A stretch of DNA of 64,000 bases, taken from the NCBI GenBank assembly GCA_965199825.1, contig OZ241329.1, forward strand, positions 2,592,001 through 2,656,000, in the 5' to 3' direction. This document shows positions 40,163 to 49,951 of the stretch, in pieces. Under the pieces are notes generated by a model. It ran no database searches. It was not told the origin of the DNA and saw nothing but the letters and a program-made list of their open reading frames with translations. Position 1 is the first letter of the stretch; the number at the start of each line of letters is the position of its first letter. Source of the DNA: Bdellovibrionales bacterium (GTDB lineage: Bacteria > Bdellovibrionota > Bdellovibrionia > Bdellovibrionales > UBA1609). The position numbers and the translations under genes were made by a program.

Positions 40163-41053
40163 TTAGCCCGAGTAGGCAAAACGAGATTCAACCTCACCAC
40201 CAAGCTCAACGAGCTTGTAGGATTTTGGGTTGAGCAAAATATGTCTCACAAGTTTATTCATCACATCATGTCCCGCGCGGTACAATGTGAGGTGACCCAT
40301 CAGGGGCATACCAAGAGTCACCAAATCTCCAAGGGCATCCAAAACTTTATGTCTTACAAGTTCGTTTGGAAATCGCAAACCTCCAGGATTTAAAACTTTG
40401 GTGTCATCAAAAACGATTGCATTATCAAGCGATCCACCAAGACCCAACCCATGCTTTCGCATTTCTTCTACGTTTTTTAAAAAACCAAAAGTTCGAGCCT
40501 CTGCAATATCGCGAACGAAGGTAGTTTCATTGATATCAATATCAAGAGTTTGATACCCAATTGCGGGATGATCAAAATCAATAGTGCAGGTGATTCTTAA
40601 ACCATTATAAGGTTCGACCACTGCATATTTTGTGTCGTCACCATAAACAATTTTTTCTGTGACATAGGCATACTTCCGGGGTTGTTCTTGCTCAACAATT
40701 CCTGCGTTTAAAATCGCATCACAAAAGTATTTGGCACTGCCATCGCAAATTGGAATTTCTGGGCCGTTGAGTTCGATTAATAAATTATCGATTCGCAATG
40801 CCGAAAGTGTTGATAGACAATGCTCCACTGTCGAGACCGAAAACACGTCGCCACCCAATGTGGTTGCAAGCGTTGTGGCTTGAACAAGTTCGGCGTTGGT
40901 CGAAAGTGCGGGCGAACCACTGAGGTCGCGCCTGACAAAGAAGATTCCGGTATTTTCTGGGGCTGGACAAAAGGTCAAGGTTGCCGGCTTTCCAGTATGC
41001 AGACCAATACCTTCGACCCGTGCTCGTTTACGAATTGTTCGTTGTAAAAACAT
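40163..41053 (-). CDS. lpxC: UDP-3-O-acyl-GlcNAc deacetylase
   Basis: QRTI..GIGLHTG, TVEHCLS, ARTFGF, GGSLDNAIV and RHKVLDALGD. Confidence 0.97.
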   Translation of the reverse strand: MFLQRTIRKRARVEGIGLHTGKPATLTFCPAPENTGIFFVRRDLSGSPALSTNAELVQATTLATTLGGDVFSVSTVEHCLSTLSALRIDNLLIELNGPEIPICDGSAKYFCDAILNAGIVEQEQPRKYAYVTEKIVYGDDTKYAVVEPYNGLRITCTIDFDHPAIGYQTLDIDINETTFVRDIAEARTFGFLKNVEEMRKHGLGLGGSLDNAIVFDDTKVLNPGGLRFPNELVRHKVLDALGDLVTLGMPLMGHLTLYRAGHDVMNKLVRHILLNPKSYKLVELGGEVESRFAYSG

Positions 41054-41092
41054 AAGCTCAACTCCAAAGCAGAATTTGGGTATTGTCAAGAA

Positions 41093-41353
41093 ATGCTGAT
41101 TATCGTGATGGCTCTTTTGGTAGGATCGGGTTGTGCGATTCGCGAAACACATTTTTATATGCCTGATGATTATGATCAAAAAAGTTCGGCAATGGGTGCG
41201 GCCTATGCGGGAAGCGCATTAAGCTTTCGAAAACCAATGCCGCGGAGGATGCCTGATCATCCCCACGAATTTTATTACAAAAATTGTTCGCTCACGGGTC
41301 ATTCGAGTTACTACTCAAAAACCGATTATATGTGCAACTCAGTATTCTATTAG
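41093..41353 (+). CDS. Small lipoprotein
   Basis: Lipobox-like LVGSG-C and two further Cys near the C-terminus. Confidence 0.55.
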   Translation: MLIIVMALLVGSGCAIRETHFYMPDDYDQKSSAMGAAYAGSALSFRKPMPRRMPDHPHEFYYKNCSLTGHSSYYSKTDYMCNSVFY

Positions 41354-41369
41354 ATAGTGAACGAAGGTA

Positions 41370-42359
41370 TTAAGTGACGCTCAATAAATGATTGCGCGAA
41401 ATATCTGTGATCACACGACCACGCGGAGTTTTTTGCAACAATCCCTCTTGAATTAAAAACGGCTCATACACTTCCTCAAGTGTATCGGCCTCTTCACTCA
41501 ATGCGGCCGATAAAGTTTCGATCCCCACAGGACCGCCCTGAAACTTTTCATGAATCAATCGCAAAATTTTTCGGTCCATCTCATCAAGGCCGAGTTGATC
41601 CACATCCAATTGATCAAGAGCATAATGGGCTTGTGACTCGGTGATTTTTCCTTCGCCTAAAACCTCGGCATAATCGCGCACACGTTTTAATAAGCGGTTA
41701 GCAATACGAGGCGTGCCGCGCGAACGCCGCGCAATTTCTAAGGCACCGCCCTCATCCATCGCTATGCCTAGCAGAGCAGCCGAGCGACGCAAAATTTGTT
41801 GGAGAGCGGTTTTGTCATAAAACGAAAGGCGCTCGACAATTCCAAATCGATCACGAAATGGACCTTTGAGTAAGCCGGCCCTGGTGGTTGCACCAATTAG
41901 GGTGAAGGGCGAAAGGGTAAATTTCATTGAGCGTGCACCCAAACCCTCACCCGTAATCAGATCGATATAGTAATCTTCCATCGCGCTATAGAGATATTCT
42001 TCCACATCTTTTGAAAGGCGATGGATCTCATCGATAAACAAAATTGTTTTAGGACGCAAACTCGTGAGCAATGCGGCAACATCGCCTTTGCGGTGAAGGG
42101 CGGGGCCCGAAGTTGTCTTAATAGGAACTTCCATCGCGTGGGCAATAATATGAGCAAGTGTGGTCTTTCCTAAACCCGGAGGGCCGCAGAGCAGAGTGTG
42201 ATCAAGCGGTTCATCGCGTTTTTTTGCGGCCAACAAAAAAACTTTTAATTTTTCTTTGACCTTGTCTTGTCCCGGAAATTCATCAAAAGTTTTTGGCCTT
42301 AAGGCTGTATCTAAGGGTTGATCCACAATTTTTTGTTCGGCCGATATTTCGCGTTCCAT
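41370..42359 (-). CDS. ruvB: Holliday junction helicase RuvB
   Basis: [25 protein letters not shown] and [11 protein letters not shown]. Confidence 0.98.
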   Translation of the reverse strand: MEREISAEQKIVDQPLDTALRPKTFDEFPGQDKVKEKLKVFLLAAKKRDEPLDHTLLCGPPGLGKTTLAHIIAHAMEVPIKTTSGPALHRKGDVAALLTSLRPKTILFIDEIHRLSKDVEEYLYSAMEDYYIDLITGEGLGARSMKFTLSPFTLIGATTRAGLLKGPFRDRFGIVERLSFYDKTALQQILRRSAALLGIAMDEGGALEIARRSRGTPRIANRLLKRVRDYAEVLGEGKITESQAHYALDQLDVDQLGLDEMDRKILRLIHEKFQGGPVGIETLSAALSEEADTLEEVYEPFLIQEGLLQKTPRGRVITDISRNHLLSVT

Positions 42360-42932
42360 CTATATCTCCTGAACAAGCAGGGCTAAGCTTTCACGCACAC
42401 CGCGCTCCACATCTGCTTTTGGATCCAAACGATCCACCACTTTTTCGACATCATTCACTTTAAAGCCCAGATGGACGAGGGCCGAAACAATTTCTCTTCG
42501 CGAAGTTGATTTTTCAAGATGAGGTTGATCGGCGAAAACAAGTTTGCCTTTGAGTGTCAGTACAATTTGCTCTGCGGTTTTTTTGCCAATCTTTGGCAAC
42601 ATCGAAAGCCCTTTGACATCACCCGACTCAATCAGATGAATGATTTTTTGCCATGTTGAAGCACTGAGCATATTGAGAGCCGAGCGTGGACCTATGCCGT
42701 TGACTTTTAAAAGACTCAAAAACAAACGCTTTTCGTTGCGCTCAAAAAAACCAAAAAGTTGAAAAATATCCTCGCGCACATGAGTGTGAATATAGAGTTC
42801 CACCGAATCCAGAGCCTGAAGCGCGTCGCGTGTGGCGGTCGAACACAAGACCTCGTATCCCACACCTCCAACATTGATAATTGCCGAGTCATCGTCAAAA
42901 TCGTGAACTTCTCCAATAAGGCGACTAATCAT
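42360..42932 (-). CDS. ruvA: Holliday junction DNA-binding protein RuvA
   Basis: GGVGYEV, HVRED, VNGIGP, IGKKTAE and ALVHLGF. Confidence 0.97.
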   Translation of the reverse strand: MISRLIGEVHDFDDDSAIINVGGVGYEVLCSTATRDALQALDSVELYIHTHVREDIFQLFGFFERNEKRLFLSLLKVNGIGPRSALNMLSASTWQKIIHLIESGDVKGLSMLPKIGKKTAEQIVLTLKGKLVFADQPHLEKSTSRREIVSALVHLGFKVNDVEKVVDRLDPKADVERGVRESLALLVQEI

Positions 42933-43426
42933 AAATCGAAATCTTTCATTTGCAGATCAAGTGTTGAGCGATAACCATGGCACATTGCAAGTGCGAGGGC
43001 ATCTGAGGCATCCACCACCAAAATTGAATTTAAACCAAGAGTCTGCATTACGATATGTTTCACATGTTCTTTTTCGGCGCCACCATGACCGGTGACAACC
43101 TTTTTTACGGTTCGTGCCGCAAATTCGCTCACCTCACACTTATTTTGTGCGGCGATCAGTAAGGCAATAGCGCGCATGTGACCAAGTTTAAAGGCCGAGT
43201 CTGCGTTTTTTCCTAAAAAAATCTTTTCAACCGAAATCACTTGGGGCTGAACCGAATCGACTAGAGTTTGTAGATCGTGATGGAAGCGCTCAAGTTTTTG
43301 GGCCATTGTTTTTATTTTTGAAAAATTAAAGCTTCCATGTTCGACATGAATGGGCCCTTGCGGTTTCCAGTCGATCACTCCGAATCCAGCGATATGACTG
43401 CCGGGATCAATGCCCAAAATTCTCAT
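42929..43426 (-). CDS. ruvC: Holliday junction resolvase RuvC
   Basis: ILGIDPG, VEKIF, VKKVVTGHG.AEK and DASDALA. Confidence 0.96.
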   Translation of the reverse strand: MRILGIDPGSHIAGFGVIDWKPQGPIHVEHGSFNFSKIKTMAQKLERFHHDLQTLVDSVQPQVISVEKIFLGKNADSAFKLGHMRAIALLIAAQNKCEVSEFAARTVKKVVTGHGGAEKEHVKHIVMQTLGLNSILVVDASDALALAMCHGYRSTLDLQMKDFDL

Positions 43427-43463
43427 TTGCCCGTCCTTCACGAAAATGCCAAAATCCACGACT

Positions 43464-44246
43464 ATGTCAGATGTTAATCCGGAATTTGTTGAGCGCTATC
43501 AATTGTTATTGGAACAAGACCCAAAATCTAAAGTTTTTGCGCCCTTGGCCGAAGCCTATCGTAAGTTAGGAATGTATGATGAGGCCATTCAAATCTGTAT
43601 TGCTGGAATACAAAATCATCCTCAATTTGCTGGCGGACGCGTTGCGCTAGCTCGTGTCTTGATGGATAAAAATGATTTTTTATCCGCAAGCGAACATTTA
43701 GAAAAAGCGGTTGAGCTTGGACCCGAAAATATTTTGGCCCAATTGTTATTGGGTGATTGCTTTATAAAACTCAAAAATCCAAAGAAGGCTTTAAAAGCCT
43801 ACAAGATGGTATTGTTCTTAAATCCCCTCAATGAGCGGGCGGCAAAAAGTGTGAAACGTCTCGAAAGTTTAACCGCAGACGAATACGATGATGATGTGTT
43901 TGCAATGAAGCCCCTTCATCGCTCTTTAAATAATGCTGAAGCCTCGTTTCCACTCAAGCCACAATCGGTAGCACCGTTTAAAAATCTTGATCGTTATATT
44001 TCACTGGTGGATGCCTTATTGATTCGCAATGATCTTGATCGAGCTCAAAGCATATTGTATGAGGCCAAAGAAAATCTTGGACCCCATCCCGAAATATTAA
44101 AACGACTCAATCTTCTTTCTGAAAGAACTCCGGATACCCCAACGTCCAATGCCGATCTCAATCGTCAATCTCTGTTGCATGCAAAAAAGGTCGATGTGCT
44201 CGAACGATTGCTAAAACGTGTGCGCCTCAGCCAACAACAACTTTGA
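43464..44246 (+). CDS. TPR protein
   Basis: DPKSKVFAPLAEAYRK followed by several TPR repeats. Start taken at ATG 43464. Confidence 0.85.
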   Translation: MSDVNPEFVERYQLLLEQDPKSKVFAPLAEAYRKLGMYDEAIQICIAGIQNHPQFAGGRVALARVLMDKNDFLSASEHLEKAVELGPENILAQLLLGDCFIKLKNPKKALKAYKMVLFLNPLNERAAKSVKRLESLTADEYDDDVFAMKPLHRSLNNAEASFPLKPQSVAPFKNLDRYISLVDALLIRNDLDRAQSILYEAKENLGPHPEILKRLNLLSERTPDTPTSNADLNRQSLLHAKKVDVLERLLKRVRLSQQQL

Positions 44247-44292
44247 CTTCCTTTTAAAGTGTTGTTTAATGTTTCGGCTGAGGTAAAAACAA

Positions 44293-44859
44293 ATGATAGA
44301 GACGAGCGATTTTAAAAAAGGTGTGAAACTTTTAATCGAAGACCAGCCCTTTACAATTGTGGATTTCCAACACGTCAAACCTGGAAAAGGAAATCAGTTC
44401 ACACGAACAAAAATGAAGAATCTTTTGACCGGTTCAAATCTTGAAAGAACCTTTAAATCGGGCGAAAAATTTGAAGTGCCAGATATTGTTTATAAAGAAA
44501 TGGCTTTTCTTTACAAGGATGAAAATGGTTTTAATTTTATGGATCAAACAAGTTTTGAACAGATGTCCTTGAACCCGACTGTCGTCGGGGACTCCGCAAA
44601 CTATTTGATCGAAAACTTGTCGGTTCAGGTCTGTGTGTTTAATGATCGCGCTGTGGGCATCGAAGTTCCAAAATCTGTGAGCCTCAAGGTGGTTTCCACA
44701 GATCCGGGATTTAAAGGAAATACAGTTTCGGGAACAACAAAACCTGCTACTCTCGAAACGGGCTATATGGTTCAAGTTCCACTTCATATCAGCGAAGGAG
44801 ATGTGCTGAAAATTAATACGGCCGATGGAGCCTACGTCGAGCGCGTCAGCATGAAGTAA
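44293..44859 (+). CDS. efp: Elongation factor P
   Basis: HVKPGKG, TFKSGEK, PGFKGNT and KPATLETG. Confidence 0.98.
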   Translation: MIETSDFKKGVKLLIEDQPFTIVDFQHVKPGKGNQFTRTKMKNLLTGSNLERTFKSGEKFEVPDIVYKEMAFLYKDENGFNFMDQTSFEQMSLNPTVVGDSANYLIENLSVQVCVFNDRAVGIEVPKSVSLKVVSTDPGFKGNTVSGTTKPATLETGYMVQVPLHISEGDVLKINTADGAYVERVSMK

Positions 44860-44861
44860 GC

Positions 44862-45911
44862 GTGAATGAAGCAAGCGTTGAACAGGAAATCTTTGAATAT
44901 TTAAAGAACCAAACTTCGCTTGACCAAGTTGTTCAAAATTTCACCACAAAAATTTTAAATCCCCAAACCTCATTCGGCGAGCGTCAGGCTCGCATACGGT
45001 TTTTGTACAATGCGGGTTTTAACAAAGAAATCTTCGAACTTTATCGTGAAGGTTTTTATAATCAGCTCGAGCTTCCCTATTCCTTTTTGATTGGGACCTT
45101 TGAGCGCGTGGGCCAGCTGCCCGAAACTCCGGCTATCAGACAAATTTACGATCTTGCCCAATCGCAATTTCAGATTGAGGATCTCACCGCTTTAACAAGT
45201 GTTGATGCGGTTGATCCTCGGTTTGCCAAACGCCGGCAAGAGTTTTTTGAAGATCTCTATGAGCGCGCCATTCAAAGAAAATCAGATCTGGTTGAGCGCT
45301 TAGGATTTTTTCGCTCGGAGCGTTTGGTGAACGAAGAGCGAAAGCTTTTAGATGAGCTTAAACGATATTATCCCAATGATCCCTCGATCAAACAAGCCGA
45401 GCAGAACTTTGCCGAGCGTTGGGCGCGCCATGTGGTGGCTCAAGCCAGTACAAAACCGAGCGAAGTTCATGAAACCTTTTTACTTGATGCTGATCTCTGG
45501 CCAATCGCTAATGTGCTGTTCGAGGAGGCTGTTCAAATCACAAAAATACAGCCCGAAAGAATCATGGATTTTACTTTGATGTTTTGGTTTTTAGAGCTCT
45601 ATCCCCAAGCACTAATTATTTTAGAGCAAGGCCCGATGAAGCTTGCGGCTCAGTGGCTCAAAATCGAAATTCTTTTAAAACTGAGGCGCTTTGTTGATGT
45701 TCTTGATGAGATAAAAGTTTTGGAATTGGAGCACGCCGCAAATCCCGAAACTCCTTTTGCTTCGGTTTACTCCAGAGCGCAAGCCCTCTACGGTCTTGGC
45801 CAGCCCTTGCAAGGACTCCAAGCCATGCAAAGCATATTGGCTGTTCGACCCGATTACCGCTCGGCTGCCTCTTTTGTTTTAAAATGGAGCGAAGGGCGCG
45901 GAGATTCGTGA
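44862..45911 (+). CDS. TPR protein preceding tamB-tamA (Bd2492-like by position)
   Basis: Helical protein ending in a TPR (YSRAQALYGLG..RPDYRSA). It sits directly upstream of tamB. Confidence 0.65.
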   Translation: MNEASVEQEIFEYLKNQTSLDQVVQNFTTKILNPQTSFGERQARIRFLYNAGFNKEIFELYREGFYNQLELPYSFLIGTFERVGQLPETPAIRQIYDLAQSQFQIEDLTALTSVDAVDPRFAKRRQEFFEDLYERAIQRKSDLVERLGFFRSERLVNEERKLLDELKRYYPNDPSIKQAEQNFAERWARHVVAQASTKPSEVHETFLLDADLWPIANVLFEEAVQITKIQPERIMDFTLMFWFLELYPQALIILEQGPMKLAAQWLKIEILLKLRRFVDVLDEIKVLELEHAANPETPFASVYSRAQALYGLGQPLQGLQAMQSILAVRPDYRSAASFVLKWSEGRGDS

Positions 45912-48900
45912 AAAAAAAGTTGCTTCCATTATTGATTTTTGCCGGCTTTTTTTTCATGGCCGGATTTTTTTGGGATTACCATCGTCCACAAATCAAAAAA
46001 TGGCTGCTGGTCAAACTTGAACAAGAGAGCAGCAAAAATCTTCCCATTCGTTTATGGGCGCAGGATGCTGAGATCACATTTGTTCCCCCACGCATTCAAC
46101 TCAGAAAAATTCGCTATCTTCCTCAAGACGGTGCTTACAAAGAAGTATTAGCTCCTGGCGAAATTGAGGCGGCGGCGATCAATCTGAGTATTGGAGCTTT
46201 ACTCAAAGGTCAGATCCGAATCTCAAAGATTCAAATAGATCATCCGACTTTAAAATTTATTTTTAAAACCTCACCCAAAGAGAATGTGGGCGAAAAAAAG
46301 AGTTTTAAAATTCCATTATCCGAAATCGATCGATTTCCTGTGGATGACTTAACTGTTCAAGATGCTGATATCATCGTTGCGATCAACAATGTGGCCCTTC
46401 ATTCCACCGATTTAGATTTCGAAATTTCTAATCGTTATCGCTCGGTTTTTGTTCAAGCCACAACACCCCATCTTTTTGTTAAAGAACTGGGTAAGCCTGA
46501 TGGCGTGCCCTTTGAGGTTGAAACTCGTTTTTTACTCGAGCCCGATGAGATCAACATCACCGCTTTAAAAATAAAAAAAGCAAAAAGCTTTTTGGTGGGC
46601 GCAGGAATCGTAAAAGGACCTATAGAACAGGGTAAATTTTCGGAAAGTGATGTGAAACTCAGGATCTCTTCGGCTTTGCCTGAGGTCCAAGGTTTTTTAA
46701 ATGTGATTAAGCCCGGCTTAAAAATTCCGGCGCTTCAAGGTAAAGCCAATGCCGATCTCAGTTTTAAGTTAACCCCCACGCATCTCGTTCCCGAAGTGCA
46801 TTATCGCTTATCAACTCAAGACGTTAAGATTGATCAATTCGTGTTGGGCAAGTTGGTTTCTGAGGGTGTGGCCACCACAAAATTTTTGAATGCAGACAAG
46901 ACCTCTATCAAGACCGAAGCCGGCGAATTGCATCTTGAAAAATTAAATTTTGAATTTGGTGATCCAACAAATGTGTCATTCATTTCGAATTTTAAAAAAA
47001 TAGATTTGCATCAGCTTTTAGAAGATCTCAATGTGCACAATGTGCCTCTTAAACTTAATTTTTCGGGTCATGTACCGTGCAAAGGCAGCGTCTATCCTCA
47101 CCTTATGGTTAAATGCCAAGGGCAAATGGAGGGCGAAAATTTTAAATTATTTAATGATAAAAAAGAAAAATCGATGATTGTTGCGGCCAAGAATTTTTCG
47201 GCCACGGGTGAATTTGGAGTGAGTTCCACCGCAGTCGATTATCAAGCCGACATGAAGGCTGGTAAAAACTCGACGGGCAAGTCCAATGGACGAATTGTTT
47301 ATGATCAAGGATTCAATATTAATTATGAGACCGATCATCTTGAAACTTCAGATATTGAAAACTTGGTTGATCTCAAATTTGAAGGTGTAGCCCAAATTAA
47401 GGGTTCCACCGAGGGCGACTCACAAAGTGCGGTTTTAGATCTGAATGGCTTTTTTAAAGATTTTTGGCTTGAGGATTATGAATTCGGAAATCTTCAGACT
47501 CATGTTTCTTATAAAAATGGCATGCTCGGATTTCGTAAAAGTAGCGGTAATCTTCACAATACTCGCTACCAAGGAAACGTGGACTTAAACCTTCGTTCAC
47601 ATTCCATCGCCCTTCAAATGCAAGCTCCTTACGCCGAAGTCGATGATCTCAAAAAAGCGGTGTGGAGAAAATTGCCCATTCCATTTCATTTAAGTGGAAC
47701 AGGGGTACTTGATTTTAAGGGAAGCGGACCCTTAGCGCTCAATCAAATGAGCTACAATTTGAAAAGTTCTTTTTACCGGGGTGACGTGGCCGGCGAAAGT
47801 TATGATGAACTAAAAATAAATCTTTCGGCCACTAACGGCAATGTGCGGTCGGAGACGATGAGTCTTACAAAAAGAGGAAATACCGCAACTTTCAAGGGCA
47901 CCGTCTCTCCCCGCTGGATTATCGACGGCGTGATTGAAGGTCAGAAATTTCAGCTTGAGCAATCCGAAATGGTTGAGCATTTGGGTTTAAGTATCACCGG
48001 GCTGCTTGATTTTCAGATGCAGTTTAAAGGACCAATTCAGCATCCAGATATGGATCTCAACGGAACACTTTTAAAAGTGACCGCTTCAGACCAAGCATTA
48101 GAAAATTCAAAATTTCGAATACATGTTCTTAAAGATCGGGTTGAAAGCACGATTCGACTTTTTGGTTCTACCGTTATTGGGAATCTTACTTATCCGTTAG
48201 AAACAAAAGCTCCATTCGAGCTAGGGTTAAAACTCAACGATTGGGACTTTACTCGTTACTTTTCAATCTTTGCCGAGACCAATCGCCAAAGAGATTTTGA
48301 GACTCACATTACAGGTCTTGTTGATTTAAAATCGGCTCAAGGTGGTTTTTGGCATTCCAACGGCAAAATTGAAATTCAAGATGCACTTTTACGACGCGGA
48401 AATTTATCTTTAAGTAATGAAAAACCTTTGGTCATGGCATTTCAAGATGGGCTGATGCGCACCCAGTTTTTTGAACTGACCGGGGAAAATGCTTATCTCA
48501 AAGTTCAAACGATGTCGTCCAATCGCGAGCAAATCGATCTTCGTCTTAATAGCCATATCGATCTTAATTTACTCAGTTTGCTTACACCCTTTATGGCGGA
48601 CCTACGCGGTAATCTTGATTTGGCATTGAGTGCAAAAGGCCAAATCGATGAGCCCACCCTGCAAGGGACTGCATTTATCGATAAAGGGTTTTTTCGATTT
48701 AAGGAATTTCCGCATTCGTTTGAAGACATCAGGTCTGAACTTGTTTTGGCCAACAAAAAATTAAACATCTCATCGCTCCACGGAAATTTAGGCGGTGGCC
48801 GAATCAATGCAGAGGGTTCGATATTATTTAATTCAATGAGCAATGTGCCAGTAACAAGCTCCGGCCGTTTTGAAAACGTCACCTTGATGGTTCCCGATGG

Positions 48901-49951
48901 ATTTAAAACCCATGGCTCAGGTGACGTAAAACTCGAAGGCACTCGATTTCCTTATACCTTGAGCATCCAGTACGATGTGGATTCGGGAATGATCACAAAA
49001 GAAATTGAGAATGCTTCAACTTTCACTAAGCAAGTTCAACCCAGTTCTTTTTTGCCAAAGTTTTTGGATCGAGAAAACTTTGAGCCTTTTATTTTTGATT
49101 TTAATGTGAATCTCAAAAATCCGGTGCATGCCAAAAACTCTTATGTTGACGCCATGTTCTCGGGCCAAATGAATGTGGTTGGACCACCTTCGAAATTAAA
49201 AATGACCGGTCGCTTGCTCGCACAAAAAAATGGCAAAATCTTTTTTCGCAATACTCCTTTTGAATTATTAACCGGAACCGCAGAATTTCTAAATGATCCT
49301 CCTGACAATCCAAAAATGTATATTCAAGCGCGCTCTCGGGTGACCGAACAAACTCCAGATAACCGTCCGCAGGCTTATGATATTGATCTGATTGCTCAAG
49401 GCCGACCAAAAAATCCGACCGATCTTAAGCTCACCTTGTCGAGTCAGCCGGCACTTCCACAACAACAAATTGTTTCGCTTTTAGCTCTCGGCATGACGAT
49501 GAACACCAACTCAACAATGCAGATTCAGCGCAGTTCAGATACCCAAAATAACTCGCTCGCCACCCAAAGTTCGGTTCAACTGGGGACCGCACTTTTGCAA
49601 AAGCCGATTGGTGATCAAATTAAAAATCGATTGGGCGTGGATATGCAAATTTCATCGGCCTATGCTCAAGCCGAAGCTGGCACGGTACCCAAGGTGACTT
49701 TTAGCAAACAGTGGACGCCTAAATTTATTGGTTCTGCGAGCCGCACGATCGAAAAAAGCCCAACAAATCTTGTAAGACTTGAATACAAAATGAACAAAAA
49801 TGTTTCTGTGATTGGTTCATGGGAAGGTCGAAGCACCGACACCTCACCCGTTAACGCGTCTTCGGCCGGAACTTTGTTGCAACAACCTCAACGCGACCCA
49901 ACGGCGAGTATTCTTGGACTCGATCTTGAGTACAAGTTAGAATTTCGCTGA
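45908..49951 (+). CDS. tamB: Translocation and assembly module TamB-like protein
   Basis: N-terminal TM, long beta-rich repeats and a C-terminal DUF490-like region (LSSQPALPQQQIVSLLALG..DLEYKLEF). Confidence 0.85.
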   Translation: MKKKLLPLLIFAGFFFMAGFFWDYHRPQIKKWLLVKLEQESSKNLPIRLWAQDAEITFVPPRIQLRKIRYLPQDGAYKEVLAPGEIEAAAINLSIGALLKGQIRISKIQIDHPTLKFIFKTSPKENVGEKKSFKIPLSEIDRFPVDDLTVQDADIIVAINNVALHSTDLDFEISNRYRSVFVQATTPHLFVKELGKPDGVPFEVETRFLLEPDEINITALKIKKAKSFLVGAGIVKGPIEQGKFSESDVKLRISSALPEVQGFLNVIKPGLKIPALQGKANADLSFKLTPTHLVPEVHYRLSTQDVKIDQFVLGKLVSEGVATTKFLNADKTSIKTEAGELHLEKLNFEFGDPTNVSFISNFKKIDLHQLLEDLNVHNVPLKLNFSGHVPCKGSVYPHLMVKCQGQMEGENFKLFNDKKEKSMIVAAKNFSATGEFGVSSTAVDYQADMKAGKNSTGKSNGRIVYDQGFNINYETDHLETSDIENLVDLKFEGVAQIKGSTEGDSQSAVLDLNGFFKDFWLEDYEFGNLQTHVSYKNGMLGFRKSSGNLHNTRYQGNVDLNLRSHSIALQMQAPYAEVDDLKKAVWRKLPIPFHLSGTGVLDFKGSGPLALNQMSYNLKSSFYRGDVAGESYDELKINLSATNGNVRSETMSLTKRGNTATFKGTVSPRWIIDGVIEGQKFQLEQSEMVEHLGLSITGLLDFQMQFKGPIQHPDMDLNGTLLKVTASDQALENSKFRIHVLKDRVESTIRLFGSTVIGNLTYPLETKAPFELGLKLNDWDFTRYFSIFAETNRQRDFETHITGLVDLKSAQGGFWHSNGKIEIQDALLRRGNLSLSNEKPLVMAFQDGLMRTQFFELTGENAYLKVQTMSSNREQIDLRLNSHIDLNLLSLLTPFMADLRGNLDLALSAKGQIDEPTLQGTAFIDKGFFRFKEFPHSFEDIRSELVLANKKLNISSLHGNLGGGRINAEGSILFNSMSNVPVTSSGRFENVTLMVPDGFKTHGSGDVKLEGTRFPYTLSIQYDVDSGMITKEIENASTFTKQVQPSSFLPKFLDRENFEPFIFDFNVNLKNPVHAKNSYVDAMFSGQMNVVGPPSKLKMTGRLLAQKNGKIFFRNTPFELLTGTAEFLNDPPDNPKMYIQARSRVTEQTPDNRPQAYDIDLIAQGRPKNPTDLKLTLSSQPALPQQQIVSLLALGMTMNTNSTMQIQRSSDTQNNSLATQSSVQLGTALLQKPIGDQIKNRLGVDMQISSAYAQAEAGTVPKVTFSKQWTPKFIGSASRTIEKSPTNLVRLEYKMNKNVSVIGSWEGRSTDTSPVNASSAGTLLQQPQRDPTASILGLDLEYKLEFR